A DNA stretch of 64,000 nucleotides from Octopus sinensis (Eukaryota), in assembly GCF_006345805.1 (NCBI RefSeq), contig NC_043012.1, positions 35,402,001 to 35,466,000 of the forward strand, given 5' to 3'. This document shows positions 1-11,690 of the stretch, in pieces. Under the pieces are notes generated by a model. That model was not told the DNA's origin. It worked only from the letters and a program-made list of their open reading frames with translations, and ran no database searches. The number at the start of each line of letters is the position of its first letter. Position 1 is the first letter of the stretch. Made by a program: the position numbers and the translations under genes.

Positions 1-1137
1 GAACACTTCAAAGGTGACGGAGAAAGTTGTTAATAACCACCGTGTCTATATTCAAACCGCCAAGGCTACCAGCCGTTACAGAGTTGCTGCCATCACTCCC
101 GAACAATGCGCCAAAGAACTGCTATCATTCGTTGCAAAAGTCTCTAATCTCTATATCTCCCCTCTCTCTGTTTTCCCTCTCTCTGTCTTCTCACTCTGTC
201 TTCCTCTCTCTTCCCTTCATTTCTCTCTCTTCAGATCTACAACGCTCTTTTCCGAAACATCCCGTAATGTGTTTTTAACATTTTTTGAATGACAACTGTT
301 TCAGTTCTTCCGCAATAATCGATCTGTCGTCCTCATCTGCCAATATTTCAAAGGTGAATTGAAGCGGTGGTTGTCAACCACCTTATCAAACGTCTTTAAT
401 CCCTTTTCCTTCTTAATCCCCACCAATATGGCTTAAGTAAATCCAGATTTTCTTGTAACCTGCTCATTTATATCAGTCCTCGCTTGCAATCGAGAACTTT
501 AGTGAAAACGATTTCCTTTTATTTGATGTTTGCAGAGTATTTTACTGCGTCTGGCATGGGAATAGTCTTTCTTTATTTTACCTTCCATCTGTATCTTGTC
601 TCTTGTGTGTCGAAGAACTTCCTATCATATCTCATCTTGGAGATTTCTCTGCAAGAGATTTCTCTGATTCACACTTCATCAACGCGTTGTCTTCCTTAAG
701 GTTTCACATTTCTCCTCCTCCTCCTCCTCCTCCTCCTCCTGGTATATCAACGACATAGTTGTCCCCGCCTCCAACAACAGTTACCCCTCCCCCGTGTAAA
801 CAATACCTCCTTATATTCTTTCCTACCGCATACAACCATCTTTCACAAGCAGTTTGTTCACCTCACGTCAACCCGTCCCCTGCTTCCATGTCTACGATGA
901 TCAAAAGGGATTCGCAATGGAATACATTCCTCCTCCCCATAAAATTTGTTTTGAACCGGGAAAACTTTCTTCAGCGTGATAGGGGACACGATAACATTTT
1001 GTCCTTCAACATAAAGACACCATCACCTGTGAAAAGGCCTCAAAAGAGCCCAATGTTAAATGAGAGATTTAAGACGGTGATCAGGCAGAATAGACAGCAT
1101 GCCGAACAAAATGCTTAGCGGTATATCTTCCGGCTTT

Positions 1138-1485
1138 TAAGGCAGCGAGCTGGCGGAAACGTTAGCACGCCGGGTGCAATGCGTAGCCGTATTTCGTCCA
1201 CCTTTACGTTCTGAGTTCAAATTCCGCCGAGGTCGACTTTGCCTTTCATCCTTTCGGGATCGATAAACTAAGTACCAGTTACGCACTGGGGTCGATGTAA
1301 TCGACTTATTCCGTTTGTCTGTTCTCGTTTGTCCCCTCTGTGTTTAGCCCCTTGTGAGTAGTAAAGAAATAAGTATTTTTTCCGGTTTTACGTTTCTGAA
1401 TTCGAATTCTGCCGAGGCTGACTTTGCCTTTTATCATTTCAGGGTCGATAAAATAAGTACCAGTTGAATAATGGGGTCGATATAA
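1138..1485 (+). mobile_element. tRNA-derived SINE family A, a full copy followed by a headless second body
   Basis: Head ggcagcgagctggcggaaacgttagc, B-box-like gagttcaaattcc, core gcctttcatcctttcgggatcgataaa..aagtaccag, tail gtaaagaaata. The body restarts at about 1372. Confidence 0.85.
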
Positions 1486-2257
1486 TCACCCAAAATTACT
1501 TACCATGCACTAAAATTTGGAGCCAACATAGATATAAAATTACTTGCGCTAGAATATGGTAATAAAGACAAGCGTGTTTTGACAAATGTGGTCGTATCAA
1601 GAAGTAATTCTATATAAGTACCGAATTATATATTCTGGTTGATACACCCACAACATGTCTTAAAACATCTTGTGGGAGTATCAAATCGTAATTTAATATA
1701 AATACAATATTACTTAGACTAGGAAATGGTAAAATAGACAATCAGATCTTAAGACATCTTGTAGCAGACAGTCTAGACGGTTCTAATATCTTCACATATA
1801 ATGGCTTCTTCCTAGGTGAACTCTAGGATAAAGATGTATGTAAGAAAAACAACGTCTGTGGTTGGAATAATTCTTGAAATGACAGTATCTTTGGTAGTTG
1901 GTGTGGAGAATGGCAACAATTCTAAGACGTTCTAGGTTTTACGGGATTAAGTTCTGCTCAAACTTGTGTGCAAATCACGACAGTCTGTCTTCCATGAGTA
2001 AAAAGACGTCTGCCAGTCAAGTTGGTCGGATAGATGGGGTGAGGGAGGGAGGGAGGGAGGGAGGGAAGGCGTGGGGTGGGGGGAGAGTAACGGATTGGGA
2101 AGAAAGGGGGGAGATGGGTGAGGAAGAAGAGATGGGGATTTTGCGGTTGCTGTTTTTTTTTTATTTTAAAGAATGAAACTAATCTTGGTGGTCAATCAAA
2201 GCTTTGCTGCACTGCACAATTAAATATCAATATCAGCGAGATGTAGAAGCATTCAGA

Positions 2258-2754
2258 AGCACACACACACACACGCACACACCACACTCACACACACCAC
2301 ACACACGCACACTCACACACACAGCCACACTCACACACACACACGCACACACACACACCACACAACACGCACACTCACACAACACACACACACACACACG
2401 CACACACACGCACACTCACACCAACACACACAACACACACACACACATACACACACACACACACACGCACACTCACACACCACACCACACACACACACAC
2501 ACACGCACACACACGCACACCACACAACACACACACACACACACACGCACACACACACACACACACACACGAAACACTCACACACAACCACACACACACA
2601 CACGCACACTCACACAACCACACACACACACCGCACACACACACATTACACGCACACACACACACACACACACGCACCCACACACACACACACACCACAC
2701 GCACACTCACCACACACACACACACACACACACACACAACACACCACACGCGCA

Positions 2755-2800
<46 letters not shown>

Positions 2801-2808
2801 TCACACAG
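2258..2808. repeat. Long imperfect (CA)n microsatellite
   Basis: About 550 bp of interrupted CA repeats; source of the His/Thr and Val/Cys ORFs. Confidence 0.95.
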
Positions 2809-3247
2809 CGTATCTTGTGTGTACAGATGGATTCTCGGCTGCTACTATCGAGTTCCGCGTAGATTATCATCGTCCAGTCTGTTACCAGTATAACAGTCAA
2901 ACAGCTACTATACTTTGTAGTATTACTAGTTATAATATAAGGAGCAAACGTGAGAAAAATGTAATAAACACAAATTTATTTTTTCCTACATACGTTTCAC
3001 CGTTGTGAAAAAAAGTGTTGCCCAGATAATCCGTTGTGGTTAAGGATTCAGCTGCTCTTGGAACATCCGATACTGAGATCCAAACAACTTGTGTGTTGAA
3101 ACGTGCGTACGAACAAATGATATCAACTGTTTATTGCAATTTTTCATATACACACACAAATATGTATTATATACACTCTTGCATACATTTACAGCACTCC
3201 GTCGGTTATGACCATCAAGATTAGCTTCATTTTTTTACCTCTTAATC

Positions 3248-3283
3248 CTTTCTGTCGAAGAACATGGGTTCGAAACGTAAAAG
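3248..3283 (+). ncRNA. Minimal type I hammerhead-ribozyme-like motif with a variant core, in a dispersed Penelope-like terminal repeat
   Basis: cttt CTGTCGA A GAAC atgg GTTC GAAACGTA aaag: 4-bp stem I, 4-bp stem II, palindromic ACGT stem III. Confidence 0.45.
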
Positions 3284-3345
3284 ACTTTTCCATTTTTCCT
3301 GAGCGTTAAACTAATACACTCTGCTTGTTTTAGGTAAATTTGAGT

Positions 3346-3379
<34 letters not shown>

Positions 3380-3385
3380 CTATAT

Positions 3386-3442
<57 letters not shown>

Positions 3443-4629
3443 GTATAAAGAGAGAATATGAGGAGTTTAGTTCACTGGTGATCTAAGCGAATAGGTACGC
3501 TGCGTTAGTGCTATAATTAGTCATCTCTTAGGTTCCAAGTTCACAGCTGAGCCCGGAGATAGGGGTCCGTTGTTGGCTTCCGAGTCAGCAGCTATATACT
3601 AGAGGAAAACGTTCATTTTCCTTTCATATACATGTGTGTGAAGTGTGCGTGTGTATGAATTGTACGCGTGAGTGATGTGTGTGTCTATGTATGTATGAGT
3701 GTTTCTCTTCCACCACTGCTTGACAACCGGCGTTGGTGTGTTTATGTTCCCGTAACTTCGCGGTTCGGCGAAAAAGACTAGTAGAATAAGTACCAGGCTT
3801 AAGAAAGTAAATAAGTACTGGGTCGATTCTTCCACTAAAATACTTCCAGGCGGTGCTGCAGCATGGCCGCAGTCTAATGACTGAAACAAGTAAAAGATAT
3901 ATATATATATATATTATTAAATAAACTCTTCAAACCTATTTAATTAAGACGATTCTTTTGAAGAATAGAAGATTAAGTCGTACACTTAATGAAGAATCTT
4001 ACCTCTTGCAATGTAGAAGCATTTCCCATGGCACCAGCAGACAAAATGAGAAAGGCGTTGCCCTGGAGGAGTATGGCATGGGAGACGTGCTGGAACACGG
4101 GGCTCGTACTTACGGACAGCAAATCTCCACCCCGATAGCAGTGAACAGTGATGTGGTCCGGGGACCAAGAACGTCGGAGGTTTCGACTGCTACAGGCTCG
4201 ATCGTAAACCTGTCGGAGATAACTGGTACCTTGACAGTTTGCTTTTCTCAGTCTGACGAGCAACGGAGCCTGGGTTGATGACTGACAACACCAAGTTGTC
4301 GCTGGAGAAGGTGTTACAGAATGTGGCACCCCAGACGTAGGGACATGCCGCCACGGAAGGGGAAAATTGTCACATCGTCCGGCCTTCTGCCGTCCTCTCG
4401 GTCTAACCCCGCTGGCTCGAGCTGGGAAGAGAAGCCTGTGCCGTCGAGGCCATGCTTTACATATTAAAGAAATTCATTTCTGTTTCCAAATGCCATATTC
4501 TATAGCTTCCCATCGACTCACTCCTTGTGAATGAAACTGAGTAGACGGATCTGTGTAAAGGCCTGCTGGGTGGGAGGTACCTGTAATCCAGAGGGTATAG
4601 CCTTATCACACACACTGTTTCTGCCACAG

Positions 4630-4693
4630 AATTACGTTTAGTGTATACTTGTCAATGGAATACTCAGCCACTTACAACTTAATTCAGGAGCAG
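4630..4693 (+). CDS. Candidate exon of an unidentified gene (ITFSVYLSMEYSATYNLIQEQ)
   Basis: Acceptor tttctgccacag, donor CAG|GTAATT, open frame ending in phase 0 that fits the 5719 candidate. No homology recognised. Confidence 0.25.
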
Positions 4694-4757
4694 GTAATTT
4701 TGTTCACTGAACAACTGAATCTGCGTTGTCGAACACCGGAGATCCACCGTGTGTGTG

Positions 4758-4799
<42 letters not shown>

Positions 4800-5718
4800 T
4801 GAAGAGAATTTAAGGAAGATACAAGCGAAAATGTTTGTGAAAATTTTGTCGAGAGAGACGAAAATTCCGCCAGATTTACTTTAAAATTTCCCCTGTGCCA
4901 AACTTCTCTTACCAGTAATAGAGAAGGATCCACTGTAAAAATAACGAAGGCCTGTAATATTAGTCGCAATCCCAAAGAAAAGAAACACATGTCTCTTTGA
5001 AAGTCAAAGAAGATTATCAGTCTCGTGTACCAGTGTAAAATTCTTTAATCGAGTCTGAGATTAAGAATGGATAAATTAATTCTAACTTTTTGTCTTGGCA
5101 TTAGGCCAAAGAGGAATCAGATTGAATTAATTCTGTCCATTAAGTCTATGTATCAACGCCTGCAGTTCCATAAAACACAATTTTGTGGTGACTTTTGTGG
5201 TCTTTTCTATAGCATTTGATTGCGTAAACAAAGCAGTAATTTAAGATTTCCCGAGTCTCTTTGAACGGCCAAATTCATTCATTAACGCCGTTGTATTCTT
5301 CTACACTAATACCAATGCTTGTATTAGTACGTCTGGTAATATTAATGGTTTTGAGACGTCTGTAGTCGCACATCATGGAGACACTATTGCACTCTACTAA
5401 ATGCATTATACTCTGCTATCTACTTCACATAATCTGTTATTGTGGATCATACCATGCGTATATTTCTTCTAGAAGATAGGCTATCCGAATGTGGGAAGTA
5501 GTCGATTTCGCATTGAAAAAGTTTTTCATTAACTTTCGCTAGCCATACAGCAATTTAAAATCGTTTGGTATTTAAAAGATTACTAAGTTTCAATAGTACA
5601 ACCTCAAATATGAGCCTAAAAATCAGTGAGTTAAAAAACTAAAGTATTGCTTGTTAGTTACCTTAGCTTCGCAATCATACATTTACCATCTGAAGAGCTC
5701 GACTCTTTAACATTACAG

Positions 5719-5792
5719 GATCTTGTTATCTTGGATAAGGTATTGCAAACTTTGGAAATGCTTTCAAAGAAAGACAGCAAGCGGAACATCAG
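5719..5792 (+). CDS. Candidate exon of an unidentified gene (DLVILDKVLQTLEMLSKKDSKRNI)
   Basis: Acceptor tttaacattacag, donor CAG|GTAAAT, phase 0 to 2 in non-repetitive sequence. A second frame is also open. Confidence 0.3.
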
Positions 5793-6161
5793 GTAAATTT
5801 TATTTTAATGTAATTGTACATTCGATGGAAGAATTGAAGTGTTACTTTTGAAGGTTGGATTGATACAGTTCTATTGCATATCGGCGATGCCTGGACAATA
5901 ACAGACGTTGACACAATTCTGTTAGAAACACCAAACATCTCAATTAAACATGATTTTGATTTGTCACAAAGAAAATCAAATACGTAATTGCAAGAGCGCA
6001 GCAAATTTAAAGCATTTTAAGTTTATAATTTAACTAGAAATTGGAAATGCTTTCAGAAGACCAAACATTTCATGTCTGTTTTTAATTATACAGAGAAACC
6101 ACCAAAGTCTGGACACATGAAATATCACTGGTATTCATTCTTTTTTCTCTCTCTTCTGCAG

Positions 6162-6243
6162 ATTGAATAAGACTTTGTCTAAAGAAACTATGTATCAATG
6201 CTTTTCGATCACACCCTGTACACGAAGCCTAGGGCCTCCGTCG
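6162..6243 (+). CDS. Candidate exon of an unidentified gene (RLNKTLSKETMYQCFSITPCTRSLGPPS)
   Basis: Strong acceptor ttttttctctctcttctgcag, donor G|GTAAAG. Only the phase-2 entry is open, matching the upstream candidate. Confidence 0.3.
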
Positions 6244-6294
6244 GTAAAGCTTGTCTGTGCACGTGCTGAAGTACACGCACACACACACACACAC

Positions 6295-6350
<56 letters not shown>

Positions 6351-6665
6351 ACACACACACACACACATTGCTATATAGAAAATCTCTTCAAGAGATCAAA
6401 GTAGTATACTGAGAAGTAATGTTTATCGCCACTTCAACGTGGCTGTTCTGTGGCTTACAATATATATCGGGTGCAGGCTGCATCGAATAACCAGCCGAAA
6501 GAAGGACCCTAATTCTTCATCAGTTATCGACCAAAATACTAATACTCAGTTTCGTACCTTTAACGATAAGACTGAGAACTTCGTATATCGGTGACACCCG
6601 CATATTTTGCGGAGAAATAGAGCTCGATCGAACAATAAAATACAGGGTGGATGTACGAATATATA

Positions 6666-6760
6666 CGAGGGGTATATGAAACGTTTTGAGTCTTCAAGGC
6701 CTTTGGGCCTTGAACCACGTTTTCTTTTTCTGAGGCTTAAAACTTTTCATACACCCCTCG
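6666..6760. mobile_element. 95-bp mariner-type MITE
   Basis: TA|CGAGGGGTATATGAAACGTTTTGAG ... CTTAAAACTTTTCATACACCCCTCG; 25-bp TIRs with 3 mismatches. Confidence 0.65.
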
Positions 6761-6770
6761 TGTAATATAT

Positions 6771-6817
<47 letters not shown>

Positions 6818-6852
6818 ATAGATCGATACACACATTTTTTCTCTCCTTGTTT

Positions 6853-6888
6853 CTTTCTGTGGAAGAGCGTAGCCTCGAAACGTCAAGA
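6853..6888 (+). ncRNA. Second copy of the hammerhead-like motif
   Basis: cttt CTGTGGA A GAGC gtag CCTC GAAACGTC aaga; downstream sequence is homologous to 3285-3335. Confidence 0.4.
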
Positions 6889-6981
6889 CTTTTTTCTATT
6901 CTGAGTGTTATACTAATACATCTGTTTGTTTTCTACACCACCTTTTTCGTCTTGTTTTTTCGTGAATTCTCCCAATATATA

Positions 6982-7016
<35 letters not shown>

Positions 7017-7031
7017 TATAGATACATATAT

Positions 7032-7096
<65 letters not shown>

Positions 7097-7789
7097 CATA
7101 CAATACATATACATATACATATACATATAATCTTATACATATATGTATGTATATAACTTATAAGTATCTCCCACAAATTTGCTATAAAATTTAGATTCAG
7201 TAGTGAAAGTTATGGTGCTAGCTCTAAATTGTATTGGAAATTTGTAGAGGTAATAACTTAAAGGTGATTTAAATCGCACTGCTAACACAGCGTAGGACGC
7301 GGTATTGACTTATAAACCTTCAATGTACTTGGTTGTATATTATGGTTGCAAAACGAAATACGCTGTCCCTAGCAGCAATTAATATGTGTGTGTGTAAAAT
7401 ATGCGTGCATATATTTGTTAAATAGACACGTATAAATAATTTAGATATAGAAAATGCAATTCAATTATAGAGATAATTATATAAATATATTAATGGAGTA
7501 AATTCAATCATATATAATTATAGATGGAGTTCGATTGCTTTCCTAATGATGATAAAATAAAATTGTGCAGTAAATATACATCACGATTTTAGAATAATGC
7601 GTTGGTGTATGATGGACGATCGCGTCGTAAACGTGAAATGGGGTTTCGGCAATTCCTTGCTTAACAACCAGCGTAGAGGATTGTTTATGTACATTAGATC
7701 GTTTTCTCCATCAAATCGACGTTGTCTGTACAGATGCACATGTGGGTGCCACATGTCAGACTTCGAAGTGATCGCATGCATACATGCAT

Positions 7790-8047
7790 ACAAACACACG
7801 TACATACATACACACATAGATACACATACATATATACATACACACATCCATACATACATACATACATACATACATACATACATACATACATACATACATA
7901 CATGCATGCATACATACATACATACATACATACATACATACATACATACACATACATACATGCAAACATACATACATACATACATACATACATACATGCA
8001 TGCAAACATACATACATACATGCATACATACATACATACATACATAC
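7790..8047. repeat. (TACA)n microsatellite
   Basis: Direct reading. Confidence 0.95.
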
Positions 8048-8856
8048 AAGGGACTTGTTTCCCCTTTTGAAAACTGGGACAGGAAGGTAACCAGCATCCA
8101 GTGAGTTCCTCCGCAGACCAGCAAGAAGAGATGCAAGTTGGTGTCGACACATCTTGAGGACACAAGCAGGGAACCTATCAGGGTCTGCTGTTGAATTGTG
8201 TGTAATTTCGTTTATTGCACCAAACGTTATGTCCGATAGAGTGCGTTGAGGATCAACATCACTGATACAGTCCAGATCGGTCACAACAGGATTGCTAAAA
8301 ACAGAGCAGTACTGTTTCTGAGCATGGTTTTGGCATTATCTTGGAGATTGCCATTTTCATCATTTAGAGGGTCAACAGTGGAGACAGTGACCTTGTTTGG
8401 GGTTGTGCTTGATTCTCCCAACGCTCCATTTCTCCACAGCTTTTCTTTGCATGATGATCTTCATGCATTGTTGGAGGTTATATTTTTTTATTCGAACAGG
8501 GTGATAGCTGTCGAATTTATGTGTGTCTGTTGGCAGTATTTTAGTTTGTTAATTTCTTTTGTTTGTTCTTTTCATTTTTCTGATAATCGTTTCTCTGTTT
8601 TGGGGAATTTTGCCCTTTCATCACAGGTCTTGATGGTGCGTGTTTAGCACATATGTTTGTGACAGTGTCTACAAAGATCTGCTAAGATATTTTGATGCTG
8701 GAGGAGGTGTGTGCATGTGTGAAAGACCAGTCAACATGGGATAAATCGTTTATAATTGCATCCCAGTCGGCATCATAGAGATCCATGGCATCAAATGGAT
8801 GGACTGGAGAGAGGTCACTAGGGTTAGCTTTTGGCTGGTGGAATCTCAGGTTACAG
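8048..8856 (-). mobile_element. Degenerate CR1/Jockey-type LINE ORF2 fragment (endonuclease-RT linker and start of RT)
   Basis: Minus-strand translation gives DADWDAIINDLSHVDW, KQYCSVFS and STADPDRFPACVLKMCRHQLASLLAGLRRNSLDAGYLP..PVFKRG, with stops and frameshifts. Confidence 0.7.
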
Positions 8857-8956
8857 NNNNNNNNNNNNNNNNNNNNNNNNNNNNNNNNNNNNNNNNNNNN
8901 NNNNNNNNNNNNNNNNNNNNNNNNNNNNNNNNNNNNNNNNNNNNNNNNNNNNNNNN
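8857..8956. other. Assembly gap (100 N)
   Basis: Run of exactly 100 N. Confidence 1.
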
Positions 8957-9589
8957 GCCTCTCTAGAAAATAGAGGAGTAAAAGACTTCGTTACTGTCAA
9001 CAACAGGGTGTTGTCTCCCTGTAAATGACCCTGTTATCGCGTGGGTCCCAATGGGCCTGCAGGAATTTCCTGAAATGCAAGCATGGTCCAAATCATCTGT
9101 TCTGGAGTTAAGGACGTTTCCCGGCTCGAGTGAGTCTTTAGTGTCCTCGCCCGTTCAGTTATGCGCAATTTACAACACTTGGTCCCGTTTACGTAAGGGC
9201 CTGGATTTTCTTGGATTCTCTATGATATTACGTGTGGAATTCCGTTGTCCTTCAGCTGCCATACATGACTGACTAATGATGTTACGCACCCCCTTCCCGT
9301 ATCCTGAAGAAGGATCTGTGACTGGAGAGGCGTTGCTTGAACGTGTAAGGAAAATGTGAATATCTTCTCTGGACCTTTTGGGGGTGCGAGAAGCAATCAC
9401 TTTCCGTTGCTTTAATAATCCAGAATTCTACCAGTCAAAGAAATCAAAACGCAGACGTAAAAAATAGATATACTTTATTGTTTTATACCGGTGAGAAATC
9501 AGTGGTGTATCTGATATCCTTGGTTCTGGGCGCGCAAGGCTGAAAGTTAATCGCTTGTAAGATTTACAATGTTCAGCCGCTAAAAACAG

Positions 9590-9900
9590 AACGGGTTAAA
9601 GATGGCCGCGGAATACGAAGACGATGTTGTCTGCAACAATTTGGTAAAAAACCTTCGGCCGACTGCTATCAAAGCTGGACAGAGAGAAATATACGTCTGC
9701 TGGTATCAAAAGCCTTCTGCTGTCTCTGCTGGACGCTGGTCGCTGATGGTCAAGGTTTTTGCGTTCCCTTGCCTCTTTTCTAAGGGTCGCTTTTCCTAGC
9801 CAATCAGCTAATTCCACTATAGCAATGTTCCCTCTTCTGTTGATGAAAACACGCGCGAATCAGAAAAGGACGTTGCGCGCGCGCGCTGTTGTATAGCGTC
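9590..9900. promoter_or_regulatory. CpG-enriched promoter-like island
   Basis: YY1-like AAGATGGCCGC (9599-9609), GCCAATCAG (9799-9807) and an NRF1-like (GC)6 run (9875-9886). Confidence 0.35.
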
Positions 9901-10884
9901 ACTACAAACGTGTTACCGGAGCATCCGATGTATCTCCGTATTCGGGTGTTGCCAATGTTGTATCTGAGGCTCAAATGGTTCTCATTTTATTGGTCCCAGA
10001 AGAATGAAAGATAAAGTCAATCTCGCACGTATTTTGAACTCAGAATGTAAATATTAACAAAATATTTTATCTAGCGCAGTAACGGTTTCTGCCAGCTTGC
10101 TGTCTTAAGTTTATCCCAAAAAATAATGAGTAGTAATTAGCCAGTTTAATTAATCTCATATTGTGACCATCGAACCATTGAAAATTAAAATCTACTCAAA
10201 GCAAGTTTAAAGTAATAATTAATAAAGCTGCTCTTAAAATGACTCCTGTACTCCATTTGTGTTCGTTAATAAACCACAAAATAATGAGAAGCGGTTTGAA
10301 GGATTCATTAACAATGTCTTGTGGTTAATTGTGTTTGTAATTGTAATTGTATTTAATGACATAACAGTTCAGTCAGTGTTGTATACTGGTGTCTTCAGGT
10401 GCAGTTTTTGTTATATGTCTGAAGAGTAAATGAGCAGGAAACAATGCAGGGAATCTCATGATTGCTGTGGGTGATGGCCACCAGGAAGTGTGGCTGTCCT
10501 TGAATGTCCTGTAACCTCTGACAGAATCCCAGATTCCAGACAGAGTGCCAGGATGGATTATATCAACTGTGTAAAGCAGAGACACATTGATCCGATGAGT
10601 GTGCTGATCGATAGACTAGTCTGAGACTGGATCAGGTTGATTTTGTACAAATTATTGATCACTTGGGGAACTGTGGTCGGAAATTGAACTGCATTGTTCC
10701 TTGCACCTACTGGATCCCGTCAACCATCCAACCAATGCCAGTATGGAAGATGGACATCAAATGATGATGATGATGATGATATAAGTATATATGCATGGCA
10801 CCTTACTATGGACGAAGGCTTCAGGTAAAACTTGCCTGAAGACCCCCTACACCCACAGGTGAAACTCAAAATAGTAAGAGATTG

Positions 10885-11240
10885 ACTCATCATCATCATT
10901 GTTTAACGTCCGCTTTTCATGCCGGCATGGATTGGACGGTTTGACTGAGGTCTGCAAAGCCAGGAGGCTGCACCAGGCTCCAATGTGATCTGGCAAGGTT
11001 TCTACAGCTTGAAGCCCTTCTTAACGCCAACCACTCTGAGAGTGTGGTGGTTGCTTTTTACATGCCACCAGCATGGGGAGCCAATCAGGCGGCCCTGGCA
11101 TCGGCCACATTCGGATGGTGCTTTTTATGTGCCACTGGCATGGGGAGCCAATCAGGCGGCCCTGGCATCGGCCACATTCGGATGGTGCTTTTTATGTGCC
11201 ACTGGCATAGGAGCCAGTCAGACGGCACTGGCATCGACCA
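10885..11240 (-). mobile_element. 5'-truncated RTE LINE 3' end with an internal 67-bp tandem duplication
   Basis: (CAT)n-gtttaacgtccgc end, homologous to 36185-36760. Confidence 0.75.
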
Positions 11241-11650
11241 GGTTACCAAAATGAAAATATATTATCAATTTCTATTATAGTATTGAGTAATCATTTTTTC
11301 TGACAGTCACTACTAAACAGATATGTGTGTGTGTGTGGGTGTGCATGAATGGGTGTATATGTGTGTGTATCAGTGTGTGTGTTTGTGATAGTTGCAAACA
11401 TGCATCTCTGTCACTCAAGCAATGGCATTCATTTGCAGTCCTCTGTCAAAACATGTCTGGCCTTTGTGCTGTTCATGTTCAAAGGCTAAGGAAGGGAAAA
11501 TTACCCAGACCGGAAGTGGATGAGGGTTGGTGAGAGGAAAAGCATCCAACCGTAAAAAGAATCTGCCTCAACAAATTTCATCTGACCAATGCAAGCATCA
11601 AAGAGATGGACATTAAAAGGGTAGACAGGGGGAAGGTGGATGTATACACA

Positions 11651-11690
<40 letters not shown>

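Noticed and set aside
14-292. ORF MTEKVVNNHRVYIQTAKATSRYRVAAITPEQCAKELL...
   Set aside because: Protein-like start but no recognisable family, no good donor, and it runs into a CT-rich low-complexity tract at the window edge.
2204-2900. Long His/Thr and Val/Cys ORFs, and similar IYIY, MYV, poly-P/G/V/T ORFs elsewhere
   Set aside because: Translations of CA, TA, TACA and triplet microsatellites.
3070-3125. Possible second hammerhead type (ctgaga..gtt GAAAC gtgc GTA)
   Set aside because: The core lacks N7 and no stem I can be formed.
5130-5380. Minus-strand frame MMCDYRRLKTINITRRTNTSIGISVEEYNGVNE*IWPF.. with an in-frame TGA and a PDZ-like start
   Set aside because: No SECIS or splice support seen, and no further PDZ motifs; chance is likely.
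6500-6570. Minus-strand CTGATGA and GAAAC..GTC as a permuted hammerhead
   Set aside because: Stem I has only 5 nt and stem II cannot pair.
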